A DNA stretch of 62,112 bases, filler included. It is 15 parts of 15 records of this genome, joined end to end, with 100 filler letters (N's around TTAATTAATTAA, not from the genome) between each part and the next. Parts side by side here need not be neighbours in the genome. Positions count along the whole stretch, not along the records: positions 1 to 4,324 come from SRR15195285_11372; positions 4,425 to 8,867 come from SRR15195285_11374; positions 8,968 to 13,054 come from SRR15195285_11376; 12 more parts are not named here. One strand, written 5' to 3'. The translations under genes and the position numbers were made by a program. Positions within the stretch are counted from its first letter, which is position 1. Each line of letters begins with the position of its first letter. This document shows, in pieces, positions 1-10,265 of this stretch. The notes beneath the pieces are model-generated. The model made no database searches. It was not told the DNA's origin and saw nothing but the letters and a program-made list of their open reading frames with translations.

Positions 1-307
1 TAACAATCATAATAGACAATAGAACAAGTTTCTTGATCAGTGACGAGTGAGTTCTCCATTTTCCAAGCGAATCAAGATGATGAATTGATGAAGCATTATT
101 GATATGTGATAATACCGTACAGCCGTAGATCTTTGGCGACCGACGCCAACGCGATCGAAACGAGGCAGGACTGACGCCAGACCCCGCGCGCGCGCGTGAT
201 TTGTACACACTACCGGTACACTGCGCCGACAACTTACTGCAGCATCAGTGTGTACACACGTACCTGGGCGAGTGCTCCGGCGTGTGCTCCTCGCCCTGGG
301 TGATACG

Positions 308-2261
308 ATGGCCGCGCTCGACGCCGATGCACGTCCAGCAGATGTGAGCGCGGCTGCTGGTGGCTTTGTCGCCGCAAGCACGCTGCTGCCGACATCGTCC
401 AGGGTCGTCGTCACGACGCCGCTACGCCCTTCCGGCGAGGTCGCTGCGACATCCGGCGAGCTGAGCGATGAGCAGCAGCAGCGCATCGCCGCGAACCGGG
501 CGGCCGCCATGGAGCGCCGGCGCCGGCGCCTTGCCGAGAGGGGCGCAGGGTCGCCCAGTAGCCCGACAAAGAAGGCGCGCATAGCGCAGCTGGTGCCGGT
601 GTCGCTTCAGGACCAGGCGGAGCTACACTCGAGCCTCAAGCGGCGCGAGGTTTGCCATCTGCTGCACTTTTGTCTTTGCCAGCTGCGCGCGCAGTGTCAG
701 CGAGTACTAGGCAGAGAATTTCTAGCTGGTTTCGACAAGGAGATAGGACGCATTGACCCGCGTGGCGCCGACGATGTCGTCGCGCAGTCCCAGCTGATGG
801 GGCAGTTCTTCGCCGGCCCCGCGAGAGGCGACAAGGTAACGCGAGCGCGCGGAGCCCCAGGATGTGTACAGTTTGGCTGGTGTAGACTAACTGTCCCGAC
901 GCACGTGCGTGTGTGTGTGCTGGCTTGCAGTGGGTGCCGTGGCACACGGTATTGGGCAGCCACGAGCTGTATCTCCATGCACGCGTGTACTCGCACAATA
1001 ATCTCACGGACGACGACCGCATACTGCTGATGATGGCATTCTCCGGCTCACGAGAGATTCCGCTGTTTGATGCTCTGTACCAGCCCCTACTGTGGCGAGT
1101 CAGCCATGGCGACGAGTCTGCCTACGCTGAGCTCGCAGAGCTGCTGTGGCGTCCTGGCATCGCACTTCGTCGCGGCGGGTCGTGGCACCATCGCTACCGG
1201 CAATACCAGCAATCAGGACAGCGGCTACACACAACCTGCTACCGGTGCTTTTCTCCCGGCGTGTCGCCGACTAGTGGAGAAGAGTTCACGTTTTTCATCG
1301 TCGATCAGACAAAGCGATTCATTGAACTCGGGCACAAACTGCTCGCCCGGATCAACCAGCCCGTTGCCCCATCCCTACTCGAGGTGGAGGCAGTCCTGCA
1401 GACAGTGCGTACTACCACACAGTTCCGCACTACCTTCAGAGAGTGAGCACAGGCGGATCATTGCCCTCAATCTGAACTTGCAAATGACAGGAGCACGGAG
1501 TCGGGCCGACGCTCACCAAAATGTTCGTCGTGAGCACTCATTTGAAGTTTCCGCACCTCGGGCTGGTGAAGGATGATTGTCCAGTTGGTGATGGCGCTAA
1601 GTCTGCATTCAAGTTCTTATACGCACCACAAAGGCAGCATGACGACCCGCAGGAGCTGCTACAGCGGTGGGTGACGCAAGAATATACGCGCATGCGCGCG
1701 CACGCATACACACACAGTGTTCACACAAGCACGCAGTATTTGTCGTGCCACGAGGTGGTCAAGGACGCGGCATTTTGTTTTTGCAGCAAGTGTGCTGCAG
1801 ACCTGACCCGATCTTGCCTTGGTGTTGTGACACGACAGGTTGCACGGGGAGATCTGCGGAACTGTCGGTCAGGCGCTCGAGCCTCGCTTGCTGCCGATGA
1901 TTCGTTGGTGCGCGCAGGCGGTGTCGGTGTGGGCGCAACAGCACAGCATCATGATTCCACCAGCTTCGATCTCGAAGCAGCTCTCAGTTTCGGACCTGCA
2001 AGTCAATTTGTGCGAGTGGAGTAAGTCCAGTGGTCTGCACACTGCGGTTCCACTGCAAGTATCCTCCCCTCACTGCAAGTATCCTCGCCTCTCTACATAC
2101 ATCAATTTGCAGCTCCCAAAGTTTCGAATCTGATAAACAATTGACTGAGAAATCTACTTAATGTCGCGTGCACTGTTTGCATCAATGCAAACGTCGGGGC
2201 AGGGAAGTTTCGCTCTGACCTTGGCCTGGTAGCAACCTTTCGCGCCGACCCTATAGACTGA
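308..2261 (+). CDS. Spliced gene: N-terminal RPA32C-binding motif plus a helical HhH-glycosylase-like domain of the aGPT-Pplase / amino acid:DNA transferase superfamily
   Basis: Spliced by hand: ATG at 308; GT-AG introns 836-930, 1405-1490, 1667-1838 and 2021-2202, plus a possible in-frame intron at ~650-694; stop TGA 2259-2261. The joined protein contains LSDEQQQRIAANRAAAMERRRR, EHGVGPTLTKMF...DCPVGDGAKSAFKFLY and LSVSDLQVNLCEWRKFR. Confidence 0.65.
2051..2091. repeat. 20-bp tandem duplication (CACTGCAAGTATCCTCxCCT x2) inside the last predicted intron
   Basis: Read directly from the sequence. Confidence 0.85.
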
Positions 2262-2366
2262 ATGGAAAGGTAGTGCAGACAGCAAAAAAATCAAGATTCT
2301 GCAGAATAAACTACGAGCTGCATGACATTGCAGGCCTCGGGATGACAGTGCTGTACAGTACATGCG

Positions 2367-3775
2367 CTACTCTGAACTTTTCCCAGCAGCCAAAGCCTTG
2401 CGTCGTTGCCTGCGCGCTTTCTTCTGCGCCGTGCGGCTCATCGGACGCTCCGTTGAGAGACCGTTGCCGGCTTCTGGATCGTCGATGAGTGCCTGCAATC
2501 GCTCTGCCTGTGGCTCTGGCTCAGGATGTCCCGAAGCGCCGGAATCTGATTCCGCGGAGACCGAAGCTATGACCTCCTTACATGCCTGCTTATGAGACTC
2601 CTGGGTCATGGGTCGTAGCTGCTCTACTGGATCAACGCTGCCATCGTGTTGCTCATCCACTGATGCTTCCAGTTGCTCATCTTTGGAGCCTTGCCTGGCA
2701 GCAACAGCTGTACATCGTGCCATCGATTCGTGTGAGGTTGCAGCACCATTGGTGTTGCGCCTCGCTTGCGCCCGGCGCGCTCCCCTGGCTCGTTAAGAAC
2801 GTACAAAGTCAGTTGTTTTCCAGTACAAAGTCAGACTGGACAAGAATGGATTCAAACCAAGGTTCGATGGACAATGTTGATGATTGTAGACATACCGCGA
2901 GAGCTTCGAGCTTTGCTTGACTTGGCGGACGGTCTCAGCATACCTTGTGGGCGTTAGCTCTGCAACTATATCACACGTTCCATTGCCATCTATACTCGAC
3001 TCCACGTTGTCCTGCTCATCTGCCACCTGTTCATGAGGGTCGACCTGTGCCGCGAGATCACCTCGAATGTGACTGCTGGGACTGCCTGTCCGCTTGCGCT
3101 CGCGCTTCTCTCGCAGCAGGCGCTTTTTGAGCTTGCCACTAATCGGCGTTCGCCGTGGGCCATAGAATGCGTTAGATCTCTGTTGTACCCGTGCATAGCC
3201 CACTGGTGGATCTGTATCGTCGCTTTCGGCGTCGCGATCGGCAGTACGGCAAGCCTCGGCCACCATAGCTCGCACAGCCGCGCCCTTGGTTTGCGAGAGC
3301 CGAACATTCTCTAGTTGCGCTCCGGCGCGAACGAGCAGGCTGACTGCAGCAGCATGCCCGTTCCGGCAAGCCTCGATGAGTGGTGTATTTCCACCGCGGT
3401 CGCGTACGCCGACATCTGCGTCGGCGCGGAGGAGACAGCTGATGACTTTCGTGTGGCCTCCAGCTGCAGCAGCGTGTAGGCTACTCCATCCGGCTGTGTT
3501 CGGCAGGTTCACGTCTACGCCACGTTGCAGCGCAGCCTTGACGCCAGTGAGGTCACCCTACAGAGCAGACGGACGTACCAAGCCATCGTGTCAGCCTTCG
3601 ACAGCCTTCTTTTGCACACGATCATTGGCTCAGCTTGGCGAGCATGGATTGCTGGCAGCGCCAGGACGATGAGCGAGGCCGGCTGCTGTCCATCGGGTGG
3701 CCGGGACCGTACCCGGTGCGCGTAGCCCCAAATGTTCCCGGTTTCGACCTCGTACCTTGCACCCGCCTTGGCCAT
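2367..3775 (-). CDS. Ankyrin-repeat protein (spliced; exon borders approximate)
   Basis: Ankyrin consensus in GDLTGVKAALQRGVDVNLPNTAGWSSLHAAAAGGHTKVISCLLRADADVGVRDRGGNTPLIEACRNGHAAAVSLLVRAGA. Probable ATG at 3775 (MAKAGARYEV). Basic C-terminal exon ends at 2367. Confidence 0.8.
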
Positions 3776-4324
3776 TGCAGCAGCAGCTTTAGGCCGATGG
3801 CGACCAACAATTGCAACGACGTGGCGTCGGTCAGCGAGAGGAGCTTGTGCTGCGGCGGCCAGACTCAGACGACGACGGCGCACCAGCGACAAGGCAGCGC
3901 TCTGGAAGGCTTTCCACTGCGGCAGGGGCACAGAGAGAAGGACTAGATGAGAACCACCGTGAGACGCGCCCGCCGGCACTCGCTGTGTGTGTGTGTCGAG
4001 GTGTGGCTCCAGCAGCGAGCGACGGACGGAAGACGGAGCGCCCGAACGAATCCCGTCCGACGACCGGACGGCTCCGTCCGCGCGCGCGGTGCGTGCGCCA
4101 CGCGCGGCCGCGCGCGTGAACTTCGCCAGCTGGCATCGAGCCAGTCGTCGTCAGCTTGGGGCTTGATGAATTTCACGCCGACACGCCCCTCCCTCTCGCT
4201 CTGCGGCTGAGAGCCGACCTATCCTCCAAACCGACATTTATAGTACATTCTACATGTGTACACCGGTCTCTTTACCGTAACCGCACTAATGATTGGAAAC
4301 TATTCCGCCTCCACCTATGTGACC

Positions 4325-4424
4325 NNNNNNNNNNNNNNNNNNNNNNNNNNNNNNNNNNNNNNNNNNNNTTAATTAATTAANNNNNNNNNNNNNNNNNNNN
4401 NNNNNNNNNNNNNNNNNNNNNNNN
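4325..4424. other. Artificial contig linker N44-TTAATTAATTAA-N44 (stops in all six frames)
   Basis: The same 100-nt block recurs at 8868, 13055, 17446, 20577, 25397, 28562, 33766, 38564, 41798, 47250, 50994, 54557 and 58012. Adjacency across these linkers has no biological meaning. Confidence 0.98.
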
Positions 4425-4660
4425 ACGAGTTTAAATGCGGAGTACGGTAGAATTCCTTACTAATCTCAAAAAGTTTTCCGAGAAAACGATTTCGGAGGTC
4501 CTTCCCGCCTTGTGGCAGGGTCGCGGCGGGGTGCCGGGGTCCTGGGCGCGGTGCGTCTACGGCGATACACGCACTCATCTGATCAACATGTGCGTCGCGC
4601 ACGCGCGCGCGTGCGTCGCCGGCCGCCGATCGCGACGCTGAGCTGTTGAGACAGGATCCG

Positions 4661-7096
4661 ATGGCAGCTGTAACGCTGGGCTTGTGGATAGCAGCAGCTG
4701 TTTGCCTCCCGCCCGAGAGTTCCGTGGGCTTGCCACAGCAGCCGCTGTTTTCGTTTGGTCAATTGGGCGTGGGTCCAGCCCCAGCCCCCACGCCAGGTCC
4801 ACGATGTGTTCCTCGGAACGTCACGCTAGACCAGGCGTTGACCATCACGCTCAACGGCTGTGTGCACAGTCATCCGCCCACAAACCCCGTCAACAAGTCG
4901 ATAGACCCCACGGGGTGCTCCTCCACAAACCCTAGCTGGGCACACAATGCGTCCCTGGGGTTCGAAACCTGCGTGGCGACGTGCTGCGCGAACCCCGGCT
5001 GCGCAGGGGCCACGTATGAGCACAACAGCCAATGGGATGGCTTTGGTTACTGTGTCGTGGGGCAGCCGTGTTGCTGGCTCTTCAGATCTTCAGGTGGAAA
5101 ATGGGACCCCCGCTCCAAAGACGAAGGCACGAAGACGGCAATAATTCGTGATAATGTCTCACCCAGCCCACCCTGGCCGCCGACAACGCCGGCAGACCTG
5201 TCCAAGTGGAGCCTTCATACCAACTCGACGGGCGACTCTACCTCATTCGTTTGGCGTGATGGGACTGGGTTGGAAGCTGTGGTATATCAGGTCGACCACA
5301 CGGCTGCGTTGGCCGCCATGGTGAAAGCTCGGTTTGACACTCACCCAGCCAAGCTCCGCACGACGTTGGCTGCAATGGAGTACACGTTGAGCTTCCGGAA
5401 TACTGCAAGCAAGGCGTCGCATCCCTTGTGCGCCGTGAACCCGTTGGATGTCGTATTTGCCCCAGGCGAACGATCAAGCACACTATATCACTTCGAGGGC
5501 GGCGATGACATCCGCAATGCATTCAACGCTCACGTCACCACCTTCAACTCCACGAGTGGCGCACCAGTACAGTTGGTATCGAAGCTTGGGCGGTCTTCAA
5601 ACGGCGTGCTGCCATACTTTGCAATCCAAAGCCCTTCCGGCAAAGTGCTGCTAGTTTCAGTCGGTTGGACCGGGCAATGGGGACTGTCGATCACCTCAAC
5701 GGCTGCTGGGTCGCGCGTGCTGTTGAAGCATCCGGAGTTGTGCGCCGCACTGAATCCACAAGAATCACTGCGTTCATTCAGAGTATTTGCCATGTGGGCT
5801 GACAAGCTCGACGTGCAAGACCTCTTCAACCTGCACCGCCGCTTCATCCTTGGCGCAGGCGCGACGCATGGTGGCAAGCTACTAGCTCCAGTAGCAGGTT
5901 ATCTTGGTGGTGGTGCTGGAAGCATGGGAGGGTGGCAGACGCAGTCAGCATTTCTGTCGCTCCTTAACTCAACAGATGCTGGGGTCGAGGCTTTTTGGCT
6001 GGACGCGGGCTGGTTCAAAGGCGGGTTCCCAAACGGTGTTGGGAACTGGGAGATACCAATCAACCAAACGGTGGATACTCAGAAATGGCCACAAGACACA
6101 CTGCTGCCGATTTCCACCATGGCAAAGAGCATGGGACTGGAATTCATCGTCTGGTTTGAGCCGGAACGAGTGGCTACTGGGACCTACATTGCAAAGGCAC
6201 ACCCAGAGTTTGTCCTTGCTGGTGGAGGGGATGGTCTACTCGATCTAGGCAGCCCCACAGCATGGAGCTTCATCTATGACTATCTGTCGACATGCATCGC
6301 TGACTATCAGATCGACGTACTGAGGATTGATTACAACATTGACCCACTCACGATTTGGCAGGCACATGACAAGCTGATGGGAGGCTCCAATCGCAGCGGG
6401 ACCACCGAGGTCAAGTACATCGAGGGATTGTATAGCCTATGGGACGAGCTGCTTGCCCATCCGAACGGACCTCAGTTCATTGACGACTGTTCGAGCGGAG
6501 GGCGCCGAATCGACTTCGAGACGCTGCACCGATCCATTCCCCTATGGCCAACGGACTTTGATGAAGCCTCAGATCCAGAAGCGTTTCAGTCACATCAGAT
6601 GGGCCTCAGCCAGTTGACTTCCATCTTTGGCGCTGCAGCGCACGGTTTTGATCCTTACAGCTGGCGCAGCGCCGGAATGAATGGCAAAATGCTCTGGTGG
6701 ACCTCTGCGTGGGACGCAGCCATGAAGGTGCCCGCACAGGTGGCGCAGCTCAGGCAGGCAGTTCAAGAGACTGTGATGCTGCGACCGTTCTCGATCTGGG
6801 GCGACTACTACCCACTTACGCCGATCGACGTCCTTGAGCCGTGGGCCGCGTACCAGCTCCACCGCCACACCTCAGCAGACGGCTATATCATGGCCTTCCG
6901 CCGGAGCAAATCAACAAGCGCATCTCTCGCTGTGAGTCTAGTGGACATCGACCCGTTGAAACATTACGAGGTCGAGTGGATGCACGAGTTTTCGGTCAAT
7001 CATACGCAAATCATTGGTGGGAGTGCTTTCGTCAACCTCACGATCACGCTGAAAGCAGTATCGAAGAGCGTGCTGATTATGTACAAGGCCCAATGA
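4661..7096 (+). CDS. Secreted alpha-galactosidase, glycoside hydrolase family 36, with an N-terminal PAN/Apple-like Cys-rich module
   Basis: Signal peptide MAAVTLGLWIAAAVC; CVATCCANPGCAGATY module; GH36 motifs FWLDAGWF, GNWE, FIVWFEPERV, LRIDYNIDP (nucleophile Asp region) and DDCSSGGRRID. No introns. Confidence 0.9.
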   Translation: MAAVTLGLWIAAAVCLPPESSVGLPQQPLFSFGQLGVGPAPAPTPGPRCVPRNVTLDQALTITLNGCVHSHPPTNPVNKSIDPTGCSSTNPSWAHNASLGFETCVATCCANPGCAGATYEHNSQWDGFGYCVVGQPCCWLFRSSGGKWDPRSKDEGTKTAIIRDNVSPSPPWPPTTPADLSKWSLHTNSTGDSTSFVWRDGTGLEAVVYQVDHTAALAAMVKARFDTHPAKLRTTLAAMEYTLSFRNTASKASHPLCAVNPLDVVFAPGERSSTLYHFEGGDDIRNAFNAHVTTFNSTSGAPVQLVSKLGRSSNGVLPYFAIQSPSGKVLLVSVGWTGQWGLSITSTAAGSRVLLKHPELCAALNPQESLRSFRVFAMWADKLDVQDLFNLHRRFILGAGATHGGKLLAPVAGYLGGGAGSMGGWQTQSAFLSLLNSTDAGVEAFWLDAGWFKGGFPNGVGNWEIPINQTVDTQKWPQDTLLPISTMAKSMGLEFIVWFEPERVATGTYIAKAHPEFVLAGGGDGLLDLGSPTAWSFIYDYLSTCIADYQIDVLRIDYNIDPLTIWQAHDKLMGGSNRSGTTEVKYIEGLYSLWDELLAHPNGPQFIDDCSSGGRRIDFETLHRSIPLWPTDFDEASDPEAFQSHQMGLSQLTSIFGAAAHGFDPYSWRSAGMNGKMLWWTSAWDAAMKVPAQVAQLRQAVQETVMLRPFSIWGDYYPLTPIDVLEPWAAYQLHRHTSADGYIMAFRRSKSTSASLAVSLVDIDPLKHYEVEWMHEFSVNHTQIIGGSAFVNLTITLKAVSKSVLIMYKAQ

Positions 7097-7657
7097 CGCA
7101 ATGACCCCGTTGTATCGGTAATGAACGCAATTGTTTTGACGTACACAGGTTCCCATCTTGCGAAATGGCAATACTATCTCACGCACTGCGCCCTCGCCGT
7201 GGTGGTGTCGGGTCGACAGGCGCCTCGCACGAGAGTGTTTTCGCGCAAACATCGCATAAGCGTGTTTCCAAGCGTTGCGGTGATCGCGATCCGTGCAAAG
7301 TGATTGAAACGTTCAAGCACGATGACAAGAACCTTCGGGCGAGCAGCAGCTTCACCGCTGGCTCAACGAGCATGTGGCCCACCTTACCAGTATGCCTGTT
7401 GCCACCGCGACCTTCATTTTCAAGTTCCACTTGCTTGACGTGACCTCGGAGCCGAGTGCGAGTTTTCCTAGCCGCGATGGTGAGACAAAACCCGTGTCCG
7501 TGACACATGCATGACCGACGGCATAATTGTGATTGTGTGATGCCACGCGGATGGTACAGTGCGTTTTCAAGTGTGGTCACTGATCACCACATTTGCTGAA
7601 TAGCCTAGACCACAGCTACACTATCTTGGTACTGTAGCTAACAACCCCGTCTCAGCC

Positions 7658-8729
7658 TCAGGGCCGGCTGGGCACGGCGGTAACCACATGGTGTGGCCGC
7701 GTCCATGCGCTACCGAAACTGTAACTGCCCGAGAGCACTCGGAGTGCAACATAGCTCACACCGTTCCGCTCCTCACGTCCCAAGACGGTCACGCCTGCCA
7801 CAGCCCCGCCGTCCAGTGCCTTGCCACTCTCACTCACTCCACCACTCGTCGACGACGCATCATTGGTCGGAATCAGAACCTTTGCCACAGAATTGCCCGG
7901 AATACTGACGTTGTGTACAAGTCCAGCCCCTCCGTTCTGTTGCACACCTGCCTCATCGAGAATTGCCCAAGAGCTTGATGCTTGGCCATGGAGCGCGGCA
8001 CGTTCCCCCTGGGCCGAGGTTATGTCACCTGCATCGACTCCAGCACGGATCGTTAGGGGCGGGTCCTCGGATGCTTGGACGCGGATCCCTGCGTACGCGA
8101 AAACATCACCACAATTGAGGCGGTCCGTGGTGGTCTCAGAAACTTGCGGTTTCACTGCTCTGGACAGGGAGCGGGTTTGTGTACATCCGGGTTCCAAAAA
8201 TTTCCCACGAACGGGGGTACGTACCTGCAACACCTTCGATGAACCAGAGGCCAATCCCGTTGAAACATCCGTGCATTTTCGACAGATCCTTCTTTGTGAC
8301 GTCCCACTGTTCGGGCCAAGTCGTGTAACCTTCCGCCAAAAAGTGACCGTAACTTGGAAACGTCGTCTGGTTCGCAATCACAAAAGCCAGATCATTCCGC
8401 CCCGACTCCATGAGGTACTTGAAAAGAAAGTAGGTACCCGTCAAACCGGTGTCCAGGTGCCCCTTGTCCGTTACGGTGATTTGGTGAGCGAGATTGCTGA
8501 TGGTTTTGTTTGTAAGATTCGGGGGGACTAGACCCGAGGCAAGAGGCATCAGCGAGTGCGTTTGCAGCATATCAAGATAGACGCCAGTCTGTGTGTCTGC
8601 AAACTGGGCTGTGACTGCCGCTGCCAACTTTGTTGCTGCAGCATGGTACTTCTCGGCCTTGTCCAGATAGCCTAGGATAGATGATATTTCTGCTGTGAGC
8701 TTGGTGATATAGTGGAGGTAGCAGTTGTT
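7658..8729 (-). CDS. Alpha-L-rhamnosidase GH78, C-terminal part (5' truncated by contig end)
   Basis: GHLDTGLTGTYFLF...GRNDLAF...FPSYGHFLAEGYTTWPEQWD...SKMHGCFNG; intron 8089-8224; C-terminal beta-domain VSIPGNSVAKVLIP...SGSYSF. Confidence 0.88.
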
Positions 8730-8779
8730 CTGCATTGCGATGTTAGAGAGTTCGTTAGTCGCACAGCACGCGGCGCGCG

Positions 8780-8867
8780 CGAGAGAAGGAGAGAGAGAGA
8801 GGGACGGAGGGAGGAAGGCAGGGAGGGCGGCGCGGGGGGGGGAGGAGAGAGAGAGAGAGAGAGAGAG
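8780..8867. repeat. (GA)n / purine-rich microsatellite at the contig end
   Basis: GAGAGAGA runs and G/A-rich sequence up to the linker. Confidence 0.85.
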
Positions 8868-9396
8868 NNNNNNNNNNNNNNNNNNNNNNNNNNNNNNNNN
8901 NNNNNNNNNNNTTAATTAATTAANNNNNNNNNNNNNNNNNNNNNNNNNNNNNNNNNNNNNNNNNNNNATCCCAGTACTGATTCGGCAACCGCCAAATTTG
9001 GCCGGGGCGCCTGTAGGACCCCCTTTGGGCGACTGGGTCCGCCTGGGTCAGGATTCAATCCACAGCCGCGGTCAGAACCACAATCTTCGATGAGGAGTAG
9101 GAATTCCTAATGTCAATGCTGGGAAGTGGTATCGAAACAAACAGTGTCTCGCGGCGGTCAGCGGAGTGTGCTGAATCTATCAGTGAGTGAGTTCGGAACC
9201 ACCGGCGGAAACGCTCCGAATTCGCAGGCCGGTGGTACCGCGGCCGGCAGACGCACACGCACGCAGAGAGAGGAGCGCCGCTCGGCGTGGGTATCAGACA
9301 CTGTGAGGACGCGCTGCGAAACAGTACAGGATCTCAACACTGGAGCCGGTTGCAGAGCAGACGAACAGGGGCGGTCACGCAGAGCGCAGCGTTGCG

Positions 9397-10205
9397 ATGG
9401 CGTCGCCGCGGCTGATGCAGCTGGCGCAGGCGAAGCATGTGGAGGACCCCTCGACGAGCGCGTTGCGTTTCGTGAACGTGGATACCGAGAGCAGCAAGCC
9501 GCTGTGGCGCTCGACGCGACCGCTCATGGGGAAGAACGGGTTGCCGACGGTGTACAAGCGCTCCGAGACCAAGGACTACCACGAGTCTCGCTTCGGGTGG
9601 AACAGTGGCTTCTGGACAATGTGGGACACGGAGCCAAATGGCACCCAAAACTCCATCCGTCTGGCCCCAGAGAGTGTTCAGCAGACCGTGGCCTTCCACA
9701 AGATCCGCCCACGCCCGCACGACGATCCATGCAGGATGCAGCGTAAGTTGTCGAGCCACATTGCGTCCCATTCTAGCTGCGAGAGGCTGTGCTGGACCGT
9801 TTAGACAGTGCTTCTAAAGTCTGAGTCCAACGACCATCGTCGCTGTTCGCAGTGTTCCCGACTGCGCATACCTCGAGCGCACGATTGGGGTCGGCACATG
9901 AGGCGTGGGACGCAAGGTCATCTAAAGCATGGCAAGAAATTTGTGCCAAAGAGAAGACCACGAGCTTCTCGGCGCGTCCGTCAACAGTGCCTACTCAGGG
10001 GCCGGTGCTACCTGGAAAAACGACGTGCCACACTGGACGGCTGGCCAGGCTCGCTGTGCCAGGGCATAGACCGCTTCCCATGCCGCCGAAGCAGCGACCT
10101 CGCTCAGTGAGGGGGCGCTTCCCTCACCAGCGAGCGTGGCAACCAGGCAGCACGAGCCCGAGGTCGAAAGCGTTTGGGGCATATGTTGCGTCAGCTGTGC
10201 ATTAG
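9397..10205 (+). CDS. Hypothetical basic protein, two exons
   Basis: ATG 9397; intron GTAAGT ~9743 to TTCGCAG 9852 joins the 9397 ORF in frame to the 9852-10205 ORF. No domain recognised. Confidence 0.6.
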
Positions 10206-10265
10206 TTGAACGTCAGTGAATTGCATTGTACCATGAGAGTCATTTCAGTCCGGCCACTCTGGCTG

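Noticed and set aside
37-582. Long antisense or alternative-frame ORFs (also 32594-33370, 39443-40135, 7821-8531 and others)
   Set aside because: These are shadows of GC-rich coding sequence on the opposite strand, with low-complexity Arg/Ala/Ser translations and no motifs.
4325-4424. Recurrent TTAATTAATTAA palindrome flanked by Ns as a biological repeat
   Set aside because: It is an identical 100-nt block at all 14 joins and a standard six-frame-stop concatenation linker. Gene neighbourhoods across it were not interpreted.
7121-7580. Small ORFs between the GH36 and GH78 genes
   Set aside because: No recognisable domain or consistent splice model; probably UTR or intergenic sequence.
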